DNA of 63,749 bases, the filler included. It is 7 parts of 7 records of this genome, joined end to end, with 100 filler letters (N's around TTAATTAATTAA, not from the genome) between each part and the next. Parts side by side here need not be neighbours in the genome. Positions count along the whole stretch, not along the records: positions 8,027 to 19,372 come from SRR20825010_6943; 6 more parts are not named here. The stretch is one strand, 5' to 3'. The notes under the pieces are model-generated. The model saw only the letters and a list, made by a program, of their open reading frames with translations. It made no database searches and was not told the origin of the DNA. The position numbers were made by a program, and so were the translations under genes. Shown here piece by piece: positions 8,938-19,294 of this stretch (positions are counted from its first letter, which is position 1; each line of letters opens with the position of its first letter).

Positions 8938-10077
8938 TCAGACGTAGCAAGGCCCCTCGATCAACGGATGTGCTTCGACAAAGGCCTCATTGATTTCCAC
9001 CCCAAGGCCCGGTTTGTCCTTTGGCGAGACACAGCCGCTTGCGTCGATTTCGTAGGGCGTGCCGCAGACCTCGTCCCGGAACGGATTGTGCCGGGCAAGA
9101 TCGCCTTCGAAGTAGCCGGGGTTGTCCACTGCGGACAGCATATGGATCGACGCAACCATATTGATTCCGGTCGCCGAAGTGTGCGGGTTGAAGCTCATCT
9201 TCCACGCGGAACACATGGTTGCGATGCGGGCGCATTCGGTGACGCCGCCGGCCTTGGACAAGTCGGGCTGGGCAAAGCGGATCACGCCGTCGTCAATCAT
9301 CCGGGTAAACTCGAACCGCGTGAAATGGTTCTCACCCGCGGCGAGCGGGACCGAGCCGTATTCGGCGGCGTGGCGATAGTCGCGGTAATCATGCGGGGGA
9401 AACGGCTCTTCCAGCCAGCCGATGCCCAGCTCTTGGTAGGCGGGCATGACTCGGCGCACGTCGTCCAGTGAATAGCCGGTATTGGCATCCACCAGTATGT
9501 CGATTTCGTCGCCAACCGCCTGCCGTACCGCGCTTACCCGCGCCACGTCGATCGCAGCACTGTCGCCGACCCGAAGTTTCAGCGCGCGGTAGCCCATTCC
9601 GACGTATTCCTGCGCCTCCTCCGCCAGACTTTCGGGCGGTTGCCAGCCAAGAGAAATACCGCCCGCATATGCGGGTGTCGGACGCGAACCGCCGCCGAGC
9701 AGGCGGTAGATCGGCAATCCGGCCGCTTTGCCACGAATATCCCACAGGGCGATGTCGATGCCCGAAAGAGCCATCGCCGCCGCCGCGCCCATCCCGTGAC
9801 TGGCAAACTGCATTCGGTACACCTTGGCCCAGACGCCGTTTGAATCCAGAGGGTCCGCACCCAGCACCAGTTCTTGCATGGTGGTGTCGATCAGCTTGGC
9901 GATGGCACCCGGGCAGCGCCCGTGGTGTGCCTCGCCCCAGCCGGTGATCCCTTCGTCGGTCGACACCTTGACCAGAACCGCATCGCGCTTGACCGCGCGC
10001 CCGATACCCAGCCGAACATTCTGCCCCTGAGGAACGCGGAACGAGACGGGCACCGCCTTGATTTCGGTGATACGCAT
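8938..10077 (-). CDS. Mandelate racemase/muconate lactonizing (enolase superfamily) enzyme
   Basis: GWGE, SGIDIALWDIRGK, KLR motif, metal ligands in VDAN, LEEP, AGEN; QPD; PGLG. Confidence 0.93.
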   Translation of the reverse strand: MRITEIKAVPVSFRVPQGQNVRLGIGRAVKRDAVLVKVSTDEGITGWGEAHHGRCPGAIAKLIDTTMQELVLGADPLDSNGVWAKVYRMQFASHGMGAAAAMALSGIDIALWDIRGKAAGLPIYRLLGGGSRPTPAYAGGISLGWQPPESLAEEAQEYVGMGYRALKLRVGDSAAIDVARVSAVRQAVGDEIDILVDANTGYSLDDVRRVMPAYQELGIGWLEEPFPPHDYRDYRHAAEYGSVPLAAGENHFTRFEFTRMIDDGVIRFAQPDLSKAGGVTECARIATMCSAWKMSFNPHTSATGINMVASIHMLSAVDNPGYFEGDLARHNPFRDEVCGTPYEIDASGCVSPKDKPGLGVEINEAFVEAHPLIEGPCYV

Positions 10078-10108
10078 GTGAACTGAAGTCTCCTTAGGGC
10101 TTTCGGCG

Positions 10109-11065
10109 TCACGCGCCGCGAATTTCCGGATTGACGAAATTTACGGGGCTCTCGCCAGACAGGATGCGGCGCATCTCTTCGGCGGCGCCGACGCTCATTG
10201 CCCGCATGCTGGTTGCAGTGATAGCGGCGACATGCGGGGACAGCAGCAGGTTGGGGCAGGAAAACACGTCGTCGTCGGGTGACAGCGGGTGGGTCTCATG
10301 CACGTCAAGAGCCGCCCCAGCCAGCCGCCCCTCTTTCAGCGCCGCGACAAGCGCCGACGTGTCCACAACAGGCCCACGTGAAACGTTGATCAGCACTGCA
10401 CCGGGCTTCATCAAAGCCAGTCGCTGCGCATCCACCAAGCCCCGAGTTTCCTCGGTCAGCGCGCAGCTCAGGACCACGGCGTCGGCTTCGGCGAAAAGTC
10501 TGTCCAGAGATGCCTCTTCAACGCCCTCGGGCATGGCGCTGCGGCGCGATGCGCCCAGAACCCGCATACCAAAGCCGTTTCCGGCGATCTGTGCCACCCT
10601 TGATCCGATTGCGCCCACTCCGACAACGCCCAGCACGCTGCGACCGACCTCGGAGGTGCTGCCTGCTGCGGCGCGCGCCTTGTCCCAGCCTTTGGCGCGC
10701 AGTTCGGCGTCAAAGCGGGCATGCGGCCTTCGAAGGTTCAGAAGCGCTGCGATGACGAACTCAGCCACTGAATCCGTGTTGCTGCCGGGCAGGTTCGCCA
10801 CGACGATGCCACGTTCGGTGGCGCGCGCGACGGGGATAAAATCCAGCCCGACGCCGTGTCGCACCATGCCCCGCAGTCGCGGCGCATGATCGGCGATATC
10901 CTCGGGCAATTGCGCCCTAACGATGATGCCGGTCGCGTCCTGTGCCAAGCGCCGCAGCGTGTCGGGCTGCGTGTCAGGCGCGACGATCAGCCGGGCGTGC
11001 CCCTGAAGGATTTTTTCACCGTCGGGATGGATCGGATTGGTAAGAAGTACGATGTCATCCGACAT
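10109..11065 (-). CDS. D-isomer-specific 2-hydroxyacid dehydrogenase (SerA-like)
   Basis: RHGVGLD, GVGAIG, INVSRG, LDVHETHP, SPHVAA; ATG at 11065. Confidence 0.9.
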   Translation of the reverse strand: MSDDIVLLTNPIHPDGEKILQGHARLIVAPDTQPDTLRRLAQDATGIIVRAQLPEDIADHAPRLRGMVRHGVGLDFIPVARATERGIVVANLPGSNTDSVAEFVIAALLNLRRPHARFDAELRAKGWDKARAAAGSTSEVGRSVLGVVGVGAIGSRVAQIAGNGFGMRVLGASRRSAMPEGVEEASLDRLFAEADAVVLSCALTEETRGLVDAQRLALMKPGAVLINVSRGPVVDTSALVAALKEGRLAGAALDVHETHPLSPDDDVFSCPNLLLSPHVAAITATSMRAMSVGAAEEMRRILSGESPVNFVNPEIRGA

Positions 11066-11975
11066 TGACGGATCTCCCATTTTCAACCGGATTGACAAGC
11101 TGACCGAGCCCTTCGATGGCGACAGTCATGACTGTTCCGGGCTCAAGCCATGTGGGCGGTGTCTGGACGGGGGCAACACCGGCGGGCGTGCCTGTGGCGA
11201 TCACCGTGCCCGGCTCTAGCGCGGAGGCGTGTGATAGGCGCGAGATCAGCTCCGCCACGCCGAACAGCAGATCGGCTGTTGTTCCGTCCTGACGGTAAAC
11301 GCCGTCCACCTCGAGTGTCACGCGATGGCCTCCGCTCGGGTTCACCTCGTCAGGTGTGGCAAGCCACGGCCCCATCGGTCCGAATGTCGGAAAGTTCTTG
11401 CCCCGGTCAAAGCTGCCATCGGCGCGGATGATCTCGGACGCGCTGATGTCGTTGAACAGCGTGTAGCCTGCCACGAATTCCATCGCCTCTTGCGGGGTGA
11501 TCTCCTTGGCGCGGCGACCGATGACCACGGCCAATTCGGCCTCGTAGGTGATCCCTCCTGCGCCTTCGGGCAGTATCACGGTCGCGCCCGGGCCTATAAC
11601 AGTCAAGGCGGACTTTTCGAACAGAACCGGTGCTTTTGGTGCGGGTACGCCGCGCTCTTTCAGGGCGCAGGCGTAGTTGTGTGCCGCGCCCACGATACGG
11701 GGCGGGTTCGGCAGCGGTGCCAGCAACTGAACTGTCTGCAAGGGCAAACAGGCCGACGCCGGAGGTTGCCCCAGCGCGGCAATGCGCCGGGCGATCGGGT
11801 CAAGCCCGGCCGACACCATTTCAAGCAGATCGGGCGCGACGCCCCTGAGGCAATCCGCAAAGTCGGGGTGGGCGAGGTCCAATACCTCGCCCTGCTCGGC
11901 TGAATCGTCGTCAGCCTGCCCTGTCAGCACGCCGGCGCGCGTGCGACCGCCTTCGTTGAAGGTGACAAAGCGCAT
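11055..11975 (-). CDS. Fumarylacetoacetate hydrolase family protein
   Basis: AHNY, PVLFEK, YEAELAVVIG, NDISA, GKNFPTFGPMGP, TGTPAGV. Confidence 0.92.
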   Translation of the reverse strand: MRFVTFNEGGRTRAGVLTGQADDDSAEQGEVLDLAHPDFADCLRGVAPDLLEMVSAGLDPIARRIAALGQPPASACLPLQTVQLLAPLPNPPRIVGAAHNYACALKERGVPAPKAPVLFEKSALTVIGPGATVILPEGAGGITYEAELAVVIGRRAKEITPQEAMEFVAGYTLFNDISASEIIRADGSFDRGKNFPTFGPMGPWLATPDEVNPSGGHRVTLEVDGVYRQDGTTADLLFGVAELISRLSHASALEPGTVIATGTPAGVAPVQTPPTWLEPGTVMTVAIEGLGQLVNPVENGRSVNVG

Positions 11976-13114
11976 CAGGCCACCCGGTATTTCTGGATAA
12001 CGTCACGGTCGACCTCAATCCCCAACCCGGGTCCGCCCGGCACGGCAACCACGCCGGATTTCTGTACGATCGGCTCTTTGGCCAAAAAGTCGCGGAAGGG
12101 ATTTTCCTCCTGCTCGAACTCCAACAGGACGGGTTGGGGCACAAGGCATGGCGGCTGATCGGGCAGCGATGCAAGGAAGTGGATCGTTGCGGCAAGGCCA
12201 ACCGCCGACCCCCAGGCATGCGGCACACATTCGACACCGTGTGCGCTGGCCATGGCGGCGATCTTTTTGCATTCGGTCAGTCCGCCTGCGGCGCAAACGT
12301 CGGGTTGTACGATATCCATCGCCTTGCGCACGATCTTGTCGCGAAAGCCGAAACGGGTGAAATCGTTCTCACCGCCCGCCACAGCCATGTCGAGCGCGCG
12401 CGACACCTCGACGTATCCGTCGATGTCCTCGGGTGAAATCGGCTCTTCGAACCAGTCGATATTCAGTTCTTCGAGTTTGCGTCCAAGGCGGATCGCGTTC
12501 GGCACCGAGTAGCAGTGGTTGGCATCGACCATGAGGCGCACATCGGGGCCGATGGCGTCGCGTACGGCGGCGACGCGGTCGATGTCCTTTTGCAGCGAGC
12601 CCAGACCGATCTTCATCTTGATGGCCCGGAAGCCTTCCGAGACGAATTTCTGTGCCTCTTCGACGGCTTCTTCGGTCACCCGGTCCATGTCGATGAAATA
12701 CAGGCCGGTGGCGTAGGCCTGAACCTCGTCGCGGAACGCGCCGCCGATCAGCTTGTGAACAGGCTTGCCGGTGATCTTGCCGATGATGTCCCACAGCGCG
12801 ATATCGATACCGCTGATCGCGGCGATGGCCATCCCGGTTTGGCCGTAATCCTTGATGCGATTGTAAAGGTGCTCCCAGATCACCTCGACGTCAAACGGAT
12901 CCCTGCCGATGATCTGGCCGGCCAGTTGCGTCTCGATAAACGCCTTGGCAACGGCAGAGGGGCCATAGCACTCTCCCCATCCGACCACGCCATCGTCGGT
13001 CTCGATCTCGACCAGGCAGGTGTTGCGCGTGCTGTAAAGCCAGCCACGCGACGACGTGAATGGGCGTTCGACTGGCGCGCTCAGCCAATGGCAGGTTACC
13101 TTCTTAATCTTCAT
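11975..13114 (-). CDS. Enolase superfamily enzyme resembling D-galactarolactone cycloisomerase
   Basis: GWGEC, AYATG, KMKIG, DANH, FEEP, GGEN, QPD, PHAWG, ENPFR; resembles Gci-type enolases. Confidence 0.88.
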   Translation of the reverse strand: MKIKKVTCHWLSAPVERPFTSSRGWLYSTRNTCLVEIETDDGVVGWGECYGPSAVAKAFIETQLAGQIIGRDPFDVEVIWEHLYNRIKDYGQTGMAIAAISGIDIALWDIIGKITGKPVHKLIGGAFRDEVQAYATGLYFIDMDRVTEEAVEEAQKFVSEGFRAIKMKIGLGSLQKDIDRVAAVRDAIGPDVRLMVDANHCYSVPNAIRLGRKLEELNIDWFEEPISPEDIDGYVEVSRALDMAVAGGENDFTRFGFRDKIVRKAMDIVQPDVCAAGGLTECKKIAAMASAHGVECVPHAWGSAVGLAATIHFLASLPDQPPCLVPQPVLLEFEQEENPFRDFLAKEPIVQKSGVVAVPGGPGLGIEVDRDVIQKYRVA

Positions 13115-14645
13115 GTTCTCTCCTGGAGTCGATGGGTTGAGTTTCCGGGTCCGCGCCGCCGGAACGGCGTCGGAGGAATTTCGTGATGGTCGGGCCGATG
13201 AGGATCGCGATTGCGACCGTCACGAGCACTGCCGAGACAGGTCGTGTGAGGAATGTCGTCCAGTCGCCGCCGCTGATGACCAATGCGCGTCTGGTTTCCG
13301 ATTCCAGCAAGGGTCCAAGGATGACCCCGATCACCATGGGATAGACGGGGATGGACCCCAGCGTGGCGAGAAAGCCAAAGACACCGAGGCCAAGCATGAT
13401 GACCACATCAAACCAGCTGTTCGACAGCGAGTAGGTTCCAACTACGGCCAGAACGAACAGCGCGGGCGCCAACAGATGTTTCGGCACATCCAGAACCCGC
13501 ACAAAAAAGCGGAACCCGATCGCGCCGACGATGATGATCGCCATGTTGGCCAGCAGCACGGCTGCAAGGATATTCCACACGATGTCGCCGCTGGTTTCGA
13601 ACAGGCGCGGCCCCGGTTGCAGGCCGTGGATCATCAAGCCGCCCAGCAGCATCGCCGTCACCGTATCGCCGGGAATACCCAGCGTCAGCAGCGGGATCAG
13701 CGCGCCGCCGGTCACGCCGTTGTTGGCGCTTTCCGAGGCGACGACGCCTTCGGGTTCGCCCTTGCCAAAGTTGTCGCGGTTTTTCGAGAAACGCTTGGCC
13801 TGATCGTAGGCGATCAGGGCACCGACACTGCCGCCAAGGGCGGGAATGATCCCGGTCACGACCCCGATCACCGACGAGCGTATCATGTTCACCAGTTGAC
13901 CAAGGAAGCCGGCAAGCGTTGGGAACATGCCCTTGACCGTCTTTGGTGCCTCGGCATGCGCCTCTCGCTGAAACAGCGTCATCATAAGTTCTGGGATCAC
14001 CAGCAGCCCGATCAGGGCCGGCATGATCCCGATCCCGCGGGTCAACTGAAGGCTGTCAAAGGTCCAGCGCCCTTGCCCGGTTATCTGGTCAAAGCCGACG
14101 ACCGAAAGGCCAAGGCCGATGACTGTGGCCAACACCCCCTTGACCAGCGGTGCCGGGACCACCGACGAGATGATCGCCAACCCCAAAAACGCGACGGCTG
14201 CATATTCCGCCGAGCCAAGCTTGAGTGCCAATCGCGCCAGCGCCGGGGCAAGGCTGACCAGCGCCACCCAGGCCACGATGCCGCCCACGACCGAGGCCAC
14301 CAGTGCCCATCCGTAGGCCTCGACCGCGCGACCGTTCTTGGTCATCGGATAGCCATCGATGGTTGTGACCACTGCCGAGGGTGTGCCCGGAATGTTTATC
14401 AGGATGGCCGGAATCGCCCCGCCCGCCATCGAACCGCAGTAAAGTGCGATCATCATGCTGATCGCCATGTCCGGCGGCAACGGGAATGTCAGCGGGATGA
14501 ACAATGCCACGCCCATCGTGGCCGTCAGTCCGGGGGTCGCCCCGAAGGTGAACCCGACCATGACGCCAACAAGGATCAACGCCAGCGACAACGGGCTTGA
14601 AAGTTCGTTGCCAAAGGCAACGGCAAGATTGCTTAGAATTTCCAT
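13104..14645 (-). CDS. tctA: Tripartite tricarboxylate transporter permease TctA
   Basis: GATPGL, ILINIPGTP, ESANN, PLLTLGIPG, GLQPGP. Confidence 0.93.
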   Translation of the reverse strand: MEILSNLAVAFGNELSSPLSLALILVGVMVGFTFGATPGLTATMGVALFIPLTFPLPPDMAISMMIALYCGSMAGGAIPAILINIPGTPSAVVTTIDGYPMTKNGRAVEAYGWALVASVVGGIVAWVALVSLAPALARLALKLGSAEYAAVAFLGLAIISSVVPAPLVKGVLATVIGLGLSVVGFDQITGQGRWTFDSLQLTRGIGIMPALIGLLVIPELMMTLFQREAHAEAPKTVKGMFPTLAGFLGQLVNMIRSSVIGVVTGIIPALGGSVGALIAYDQAKRFSKNRDNFGKGEPEGVVASESANNGVTGGALIPLLTLGIPGDTVTAMLLGGLMIHGLQPGPRLFETSGDIVWNILAAVLLANMAIIIVGAIGFRFFVRVLDVPKHLLAPALFVLAVVGTYSLSNSWFDVVIMLGLGVFGFLATLGSIPVYPMVIGVILGPLLESETRRALVISGGDWTTFLTRPVSAVLVTVAIAILIGPTITKFLRRRSGGADPETQPIDSRREHED

Positions 14646-14649
14646 TGGA

Positions 14650-15141
14650 TCACCGCAGCGGCACGTTCAGGACAAATGTAAAGATCAGCCAGACCCCGAT
14701 GGAAAACAGCAGCCCGGTCAGCGCTATCTTTGAGTATCCTCGCGGGGTGCGTTCGGCAGGCGGAGCCAGGATGGCGCCCACAAACGTGAAGAAGACAAAT
14801 GAAATCAGCGGGAACGGCACTGGCCCCCAGGCAAAGACATAGGCCGCGAGCAACACCAGAACGCTGCCGCCGACCGTCACCACCTGGCGGACCGGTGCAA
14901 AGGGTTGTTCGGGCATGTGGCCCCACCGCCGGTCGGCACGCCACTTGATGACATCATTGATGACCGACAGCACGGCCAGGACAATGACGACGACCACGAC
15001 AAACTGCGGCAAGGTCCCCGCCTGCAACCCACCTTTTGGGCCCAAACCGGGCAGTTCGAACGCGGGCCCCGCAAGAAACAGGGACAATCCGATAAGCAGC
15101 ACACTTGTCGCGATGCTTGCGACGAGATTGAGAGTCGGCAT
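14650..15141 (-). CDS. tctB: Tripartite tricarboxylate transporter small subunit TctB
   Basis: About four TM helices, ends FVLNVPLR, lies between tctC and tctA. Confidence 0.8.
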   Translation of the reverse strand: MPTLNLVASIATSVLLIGLSLFLAGPAFELPGLGPKGGLQAGTLPQFVVVVVIVLAVLSVINDVIKWRADRRWGHMPEQPFAPVRQVVTVGGSVLVLLAAYVFAWGPVPFPLISFVFFTFVGAILAPPAERTPRGYSKIALTGLLFSIGVWLIFTFVLNVPLR

Positions 15142-15223
15142 GTTGTTGGTCTTCCTGTTGGCCACGCGCCGGCGGTGCGCCGGTCGCGTGGCACTTTGAC
15201 AAGGAACTACAAGGCAGGGCGGA

Positions 15224-16192
15224 TCAGTCCGCGAAGACTTGCTTCGCCACTTCGGCGATGGCCCCGGCAACACCTACAACTTCCGCGTCCAGTTCATCAC
15301 CGCGCAGCGGGTCGATGACAAAGCCGTTCTTGTCCGCAAACTCGCGGAACTTCTCGCTGGTCAGGGCCGCCTCAAAGGCGTCGGCCAACGCTTCTTCGAT
15401 TTCGGGATCAAGCCCTGCGGGCGCCTGAATGTAGGCCATCTGCACCACTGGACCGTAGGGGAAGACATCCACGCCCGCTTCGCCAAAGGTCGGTACGTCC
15501 GGCAAGATTTCCAGCCGTTCGTTCGAGAAGGCGCCCAACGGTTTCAGTTCGCCGGCCTGAATTTGCTCGATGGTTTCCGACGGCTTCAGCACACCGGCCT
15601 GAATCTGGTTCCCCATCAATTCGGCGATCACGCGCGACCCACCGGGGAACGGCACATGGCGGTAGTCGACTCCGGCGCCCCGCGCCGTCATTGCTGCAAA
15701 GATATGGTTCAGGTTGTTGGTGCCCGGCGTGCCGATCGTCACGTCGCCCGGGTTGTCCTTCATGTGCGCAAGAAACTGGTCAAGCGTGTCGATCTCGCTG
15801 TCACCGGGAACCACCAGGATCAGCGGATCGACCGACACACGGATCACGTTGGTGAAATCGTCATTGCTGAGCGGTGCCTTGCCCTGCGCGATGATTGACA
15901 AGGTCGAACTGGTTCCGTTGCCGATGGTGTAGCCGTCAGCTCGCGAGGTGGCGACAGCGCCCATGCCGACCGCCCCCGTGCCGCCGGGCAGGTTCTCGAT
16001 CACGACTGAAACGCCCTGCTCCTCCAGAATCGGCTGCAGGTAGCGCGCCATGATGTCGTTGGACCCACCCGCGTTCCACGGGATCACCCATCTGACTTCC
16101 TTGCTGGGATAGTCCTGCGCCATGCCGGGGCCGGCGACGAAGGTCGCTGCAAGTGCAACGGTGGCGGCGCGAAGAATCGAATTTATCAACAT
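15224..16192 (-). CDS. tctC: Tripartite tricarboxylate transporter substrate-binding protein
   Basis: Signal peptide, YPSK...PWNAGGSND, ENLPGG, ADGYT, PDVPT. Confidence 0.92.
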   Translation of the reverse strand: MLINSILRAATVALAATFVAGPGMAQDYPSKEVRWVIPWNAGGSNDIMARYLQPILEEQGVSVVIENLPGGTGAVGMGAVATSRADGYTIGNGTSSTLSIIAQGKAPLSNDDFTNVIRVSVDPLILVVPGDSEIDTLDQFLAHMKDNPGDVTIGTPGTNNLNHIFAAMTARGAGVDYRHVPFPGGSRVIAELMGNQIQAGVLKPSETIEQIQAGELKPLGAFSNERLEILPDVPTFGEAGVDVFPYGPVVQMAYIQAPAGLDPEIEEALADAFEAALTSEKFREFADKNGFVIDPLRGDELDAEVVGVAGAIAEVAKQVFAD

Positions 16193-16211
16193 GTCTTTCC
16201 TCCCTGTTGTG

Positions 16212-16245
16212 TGTTATAACAAACATGATGCAAATCATTTGTCAA
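16212..16245. promoter_or_regulatory. Candidate GntR operator/promoter between tctC and the divergent gntR
   Basis: Perfect palindrome TGTTATAACA (16212-16221), TGAT-N4-ATCA, and TTGACA on the minus strand (16240-16245). Confidence 0.5.
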
Positions 16246-16292
16246 ACCCCCGGCGTGGATGTATCAGTGACTGCCGACAGAAGGCCCTTGTG

Positions 16293-16994
16293 ATGATGAA
16301 AATGGCGACCCCCTTTAATAAGCTGGACAATGCTCCCCTATGGACGCGGGTGCATCACCAGATAAAACATGCGCTTCTTGCCGGCCGGTTCGAACCGGGC
16401 GAGACGCTGACCCTGCGGGCTTTGTCGGAAATGTTCGGCACCTCGGTCACGCCGGTCCGCGATGCGGTGAACCATCTGGTCGCGCAGGGCGTGCTGGACG
16501 CGGGTCCGCGCAACGCAGCGGTCGTGCCTGATGTGGCCGCTCTGCAGTTGCGTGAGATCATTCTGATTCGGACAGAGTTAGAAGGGCGCGCCGCACGCGA
16601 GACTGCTCAGCGCGTCACTCCCGAATTGGTTACCAACCTAAGCGAACAGCTCGACACCATGCGGCGGCTGATCCGTGACCGCGATCTTTCGGGTTACCTG
16701 GATGTACATCGCGATTTCCATTTCACGATCTATGGCAATGCCGGAGTGCCGCTGCTCAACGAGATCATTGAAAATCTGTGGCTGCGCACCGGTCCGATCC
16801 TGACTTATGTGATCCCGGAATACGTCCTGACGCTGCGCGGTTCAGACCATCACGAACGGATTGTCGAGGCCATCGCAGCCGGAGACGCGGAAACATCCGA
16901 ATCGGAGACCATCGCCGATATCGAAGCAGCCGCAAACTATTTGTTAAGTTGCGCGGATCATACCGGCCGAATTCGCAGGCCCGGGCCAGCTTGA
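16293..16994 (+). CDS. GntR/FCD family regulator
   Basis: LRALSEMFGTSVTPVRDA HTH; FCD domain with HRDFH and HERIV. Confidence 0.9.
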   Translation: MMKMATPFNKLDNAPLWTRVHHQIKHALLAGRFEPGETLTLRALSEMFGTSVTPVRDAVNHLVAQGVLDAGPRNAAVVPDVAALQLREIILIRTELEGRAARETAQRVTPELVTNLSEQLDTMRRLIRDRDLSGYLDVHRDFHFTIYGNAGVPLLNEIIENLWLRTGPILTYVIPEYVLTLRGSDHHERIVEAIAAGDAETSESETIADIEAAANYLLSCADHTGRIRRPGPA

Positions 16995-17229
16995 GCCTGT
17001 GCAAAGTCGTGGTGTGGGTCGCGGCAAACGTCGCTTGATGTCCGATCAGCAGCCATTCTCGCAGACTGGGCGAGTGAAAGTGACAACACCGGCTTTTGCC
17101 ATGACGTTTCGACATCCCCGAATGACACAAACCGCCGCTTCTCAAGTGCGCGCGCCGCCTTCCTAGAGCCCGCGCCGCCGTGCATTATGGACCGGTGACA
17201 ACCAACCCGCCGCCGTGCATATCTGCGAC

Positions 17230-18144
17230 ATGGAATTCACGGCCCTTCGCTACTTTCACGAAACCGCCCGTGCCGGATCAATCCGGCGTGCCGCCGAGGC
17301 ATTGCATGTCACGGCCTCTTCCGTCAGTCGCGGGATTGCAGGTCTAGAGCATCAATTCGGCGCGCCGCTTTTTGAACGCAGCCGCAAGGGCATGACGCTG
17401 ACAGCGGCAGGAACGCTATTGGCGCGGCAAACGCACCGCACCTTTCGCGATCTTGATCGGGTCCAGGACGCCATCGACGATCTGCGCGGACTGCGGCGCG
17501 GTCAGGTGACGCTATATGCCGCCGAGGGGTTGGTCGCCGAATTTCTGCCCGCCGTCGTCAACGACTTCATGGCGCAATACCCGCAGATCGGTTTTGAAAT
17601 CCGGTTGGATTCCACCGATGGCATCGTTGGTGCCTTGCTGGACGACGTGGCGGACATTGGCATCACCTTCAACGGCCCGCACCGAAACGACATTGGCGTG
17701 GTCACCGAACACGTCGAACCGATCTGCTGTCTTGTTCGGCCTGGGCACCCGTTAGAACAGTTCGCCGTGCAAGGCAGCCTGAAGCTGGATACGGTCCTGA
17801 AATGGCCTTTGGCGCTGCCAGAGCAATCCTTCGGGATGCGCCGAATGGTGGACTCGGCGATTGCACGGGCCTCTGGCAAACAGCGGATCGCGATCAACAC
17901 CAATTCCATCGAGTTGACCAAAAGGGTCGCGATGAACGGGGACGCCGTCGCCTTTATGCCGGCCTTTATGGTGCGCAAGGACATCGCCGCCAACCGGCTG
18001 CGGGCGCTGTCGCTGGACTGTCCCGATCTGGACGCCGCGCGCGTGACGGTTTGCGTTCACCGTGACCGCGAGCTGTCATTTGCGGCCAAAGCATTGCTGA
18101 CGGCCCTGACTGCGCATTTCTCGGCGATTGAGGCGCCCGTCTAG
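17230..18144 (+). CDS. LysR family regulator
   Basis: LRYFHETARAGSIRRAAEALHVTASSVSR, LFER, LTAAG. Confidence 0.93.
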   Translation: MEFTALRYFHETARAGSIRRAAEALHVTASSVSRGIAGLEHQFGAPLFERSRKGMTLTAAGTLLARQTHRTFRDLDRVQDAIDDLRGLRRGQVTLYAAEGLVAEFLPAVVNDFMAQYPQIGFEIRLDSTDGIVGALLDDVADIGITFNGPHRNDIGVVTEHVEPICCLVRPGHPLEQFAVQGSLKLDTVLKWPLALPEQSFGMRRMVDSAIARASGKQRIAINTNSIELTKRVAMNGDAVAFMPAFMVRKDIAANRLRALSLDCPDLDAARVTVCVHRDRELSFAAKALLTALTAHFSAIEAPV

Positions 18145-18280
18145 ACATGTTGCGCACAGCGCAACGCCATCGTGCCATATCAGCACTTTTCGAAACACCC
18201 TCCTGAGGTAAGCTGCAAACATCCGGTCGGAAAACATCTTTCCAAGGCCGGTTCCCAGATCGAACCAACAGGAGTTGTCC

Positions 18281-19294
18281 ATGACGCTATTGTCCACGGA
18301 CCGGCGGAGCTTTGTCTTAGGCCTGGCCGGCGCAGCCGCCAGTGCCGGCCTCACCCTGCCCCGCATGGCGCAGGCCGCCACACCCGCCCGCATTTCCGAG
18401 GCCATCCACCTTGGGCTGTACATGCCGCTTTACGTCGCCATCAACCGCGGCCTGTTTGACAAGCATGGAATGACCCCGGACCTGAAAACCGCTGGCGGCA
18501 TTGCACAGCCGGTGCCCGCGCTGCTGTCCGGGGCCGCCGATTTCGCCGTCACCGGCACAGGCATGTCGATCAACGCGACCGTCGAGGGCGCCGAGATGGT
18601 CAATATCGCCAAGATCGCCGGGATGATCTCTGTTTGGGTGGTGGCCAAAAAGGGCACGACCTTTGCCGGGCCACAGGATTTCGCGGGCAAAACAATCGCC
18701 ACGCTGAAATTCCCCTCCAACACCTACACCACGCCCTATTACGCCATGAAAGAGGCGGGCCTGGACCCCGAAAGCGATGTAAACTGGATGCCCCTGCCCT
18801 TTGGTGCGCAGCTTCAGGCGGTTGCGGACGGGCGCGCGGACTATGCGACCGTCTTTGAATGGGACGCCTCGATCGGCGCGACGCAGTTCGATCTGGACGT
18901 GGTCTATTCGCTGGGCGAGGCGCTTGGCCCGGCGGTCTTTTCCTCGACCTTTGTCACCCGTGATTTTCTCGAAACCAGCCCCGAGGCGGTACAGGCCTAT
19001 TGCAACGCTATCGCCGAGGCAGAGCGTATGCTGCACGAGGACGAACAGATCTTTGTCGACGTGGCGGGAGAGGAATTCCCCACAGTCGATCCGGCCGTGA
19101 TCGCCGCCGCCCGCCCGCGCTTTTTTGGCGATGTGCCGTTGGTGCCCCGGAACCCGATCATCACCGAACAGGAATGGGCCACGCTGGTTGCGCACGAAAG
19201 CGGCGCAGGCACGCTGCGCGCCAATCTGCCCTACGCGCAGATGGTCGACAGCAGCTTTGCAGAAAACGCCGCCAAGGAGTTCGGCCTGTCATGA
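18281..19294 (+). CDS. ABC substrate-binding protein (NMT1/SsuA-like), Tat-exported
   Basis: DRRSFV twin-arginine signal, YMPLYVA..GLF, LLSGAADF, DFAGKTI. Confidence 0.85.
   Translation: MTLLSTDRRSFVLGLAGAAASAGLTLPRMAQAATPARISEAIHLGLYMPLYVAINRGLFDKHGMTPDLKTAGGIAQPVPALLSGAADFAVTGTGMSINATVEGAEMVNIAKIAGMISVWVVAKKGTTFAGPQDFAGKTIATLKFPSNTYTTPYYAMKEAGLDPESDVNWMPLPFGAQLQAVADGRADYATVFEWDASIGATQFDLDVVYSLGEALGPAVFSSTFVTRDFLETSPEAVQAYCNAIAEAERMLHEDEQIFVDVAGEEFPTVDPAVIAAARPRFFGDVPLVPRNPIITEQEWATLVAHESGAGTLRANLPYAQMVDSSFAENAAKEFGLS

Noticed and set aside
13056-14600. Long antisense ORFs (514 aa here; also 53208-54809, 60242-62053, 61831-63603)
   Set aside because: Shadow ORFs of GC-rich genes on the opposite strand, with no domain motifs
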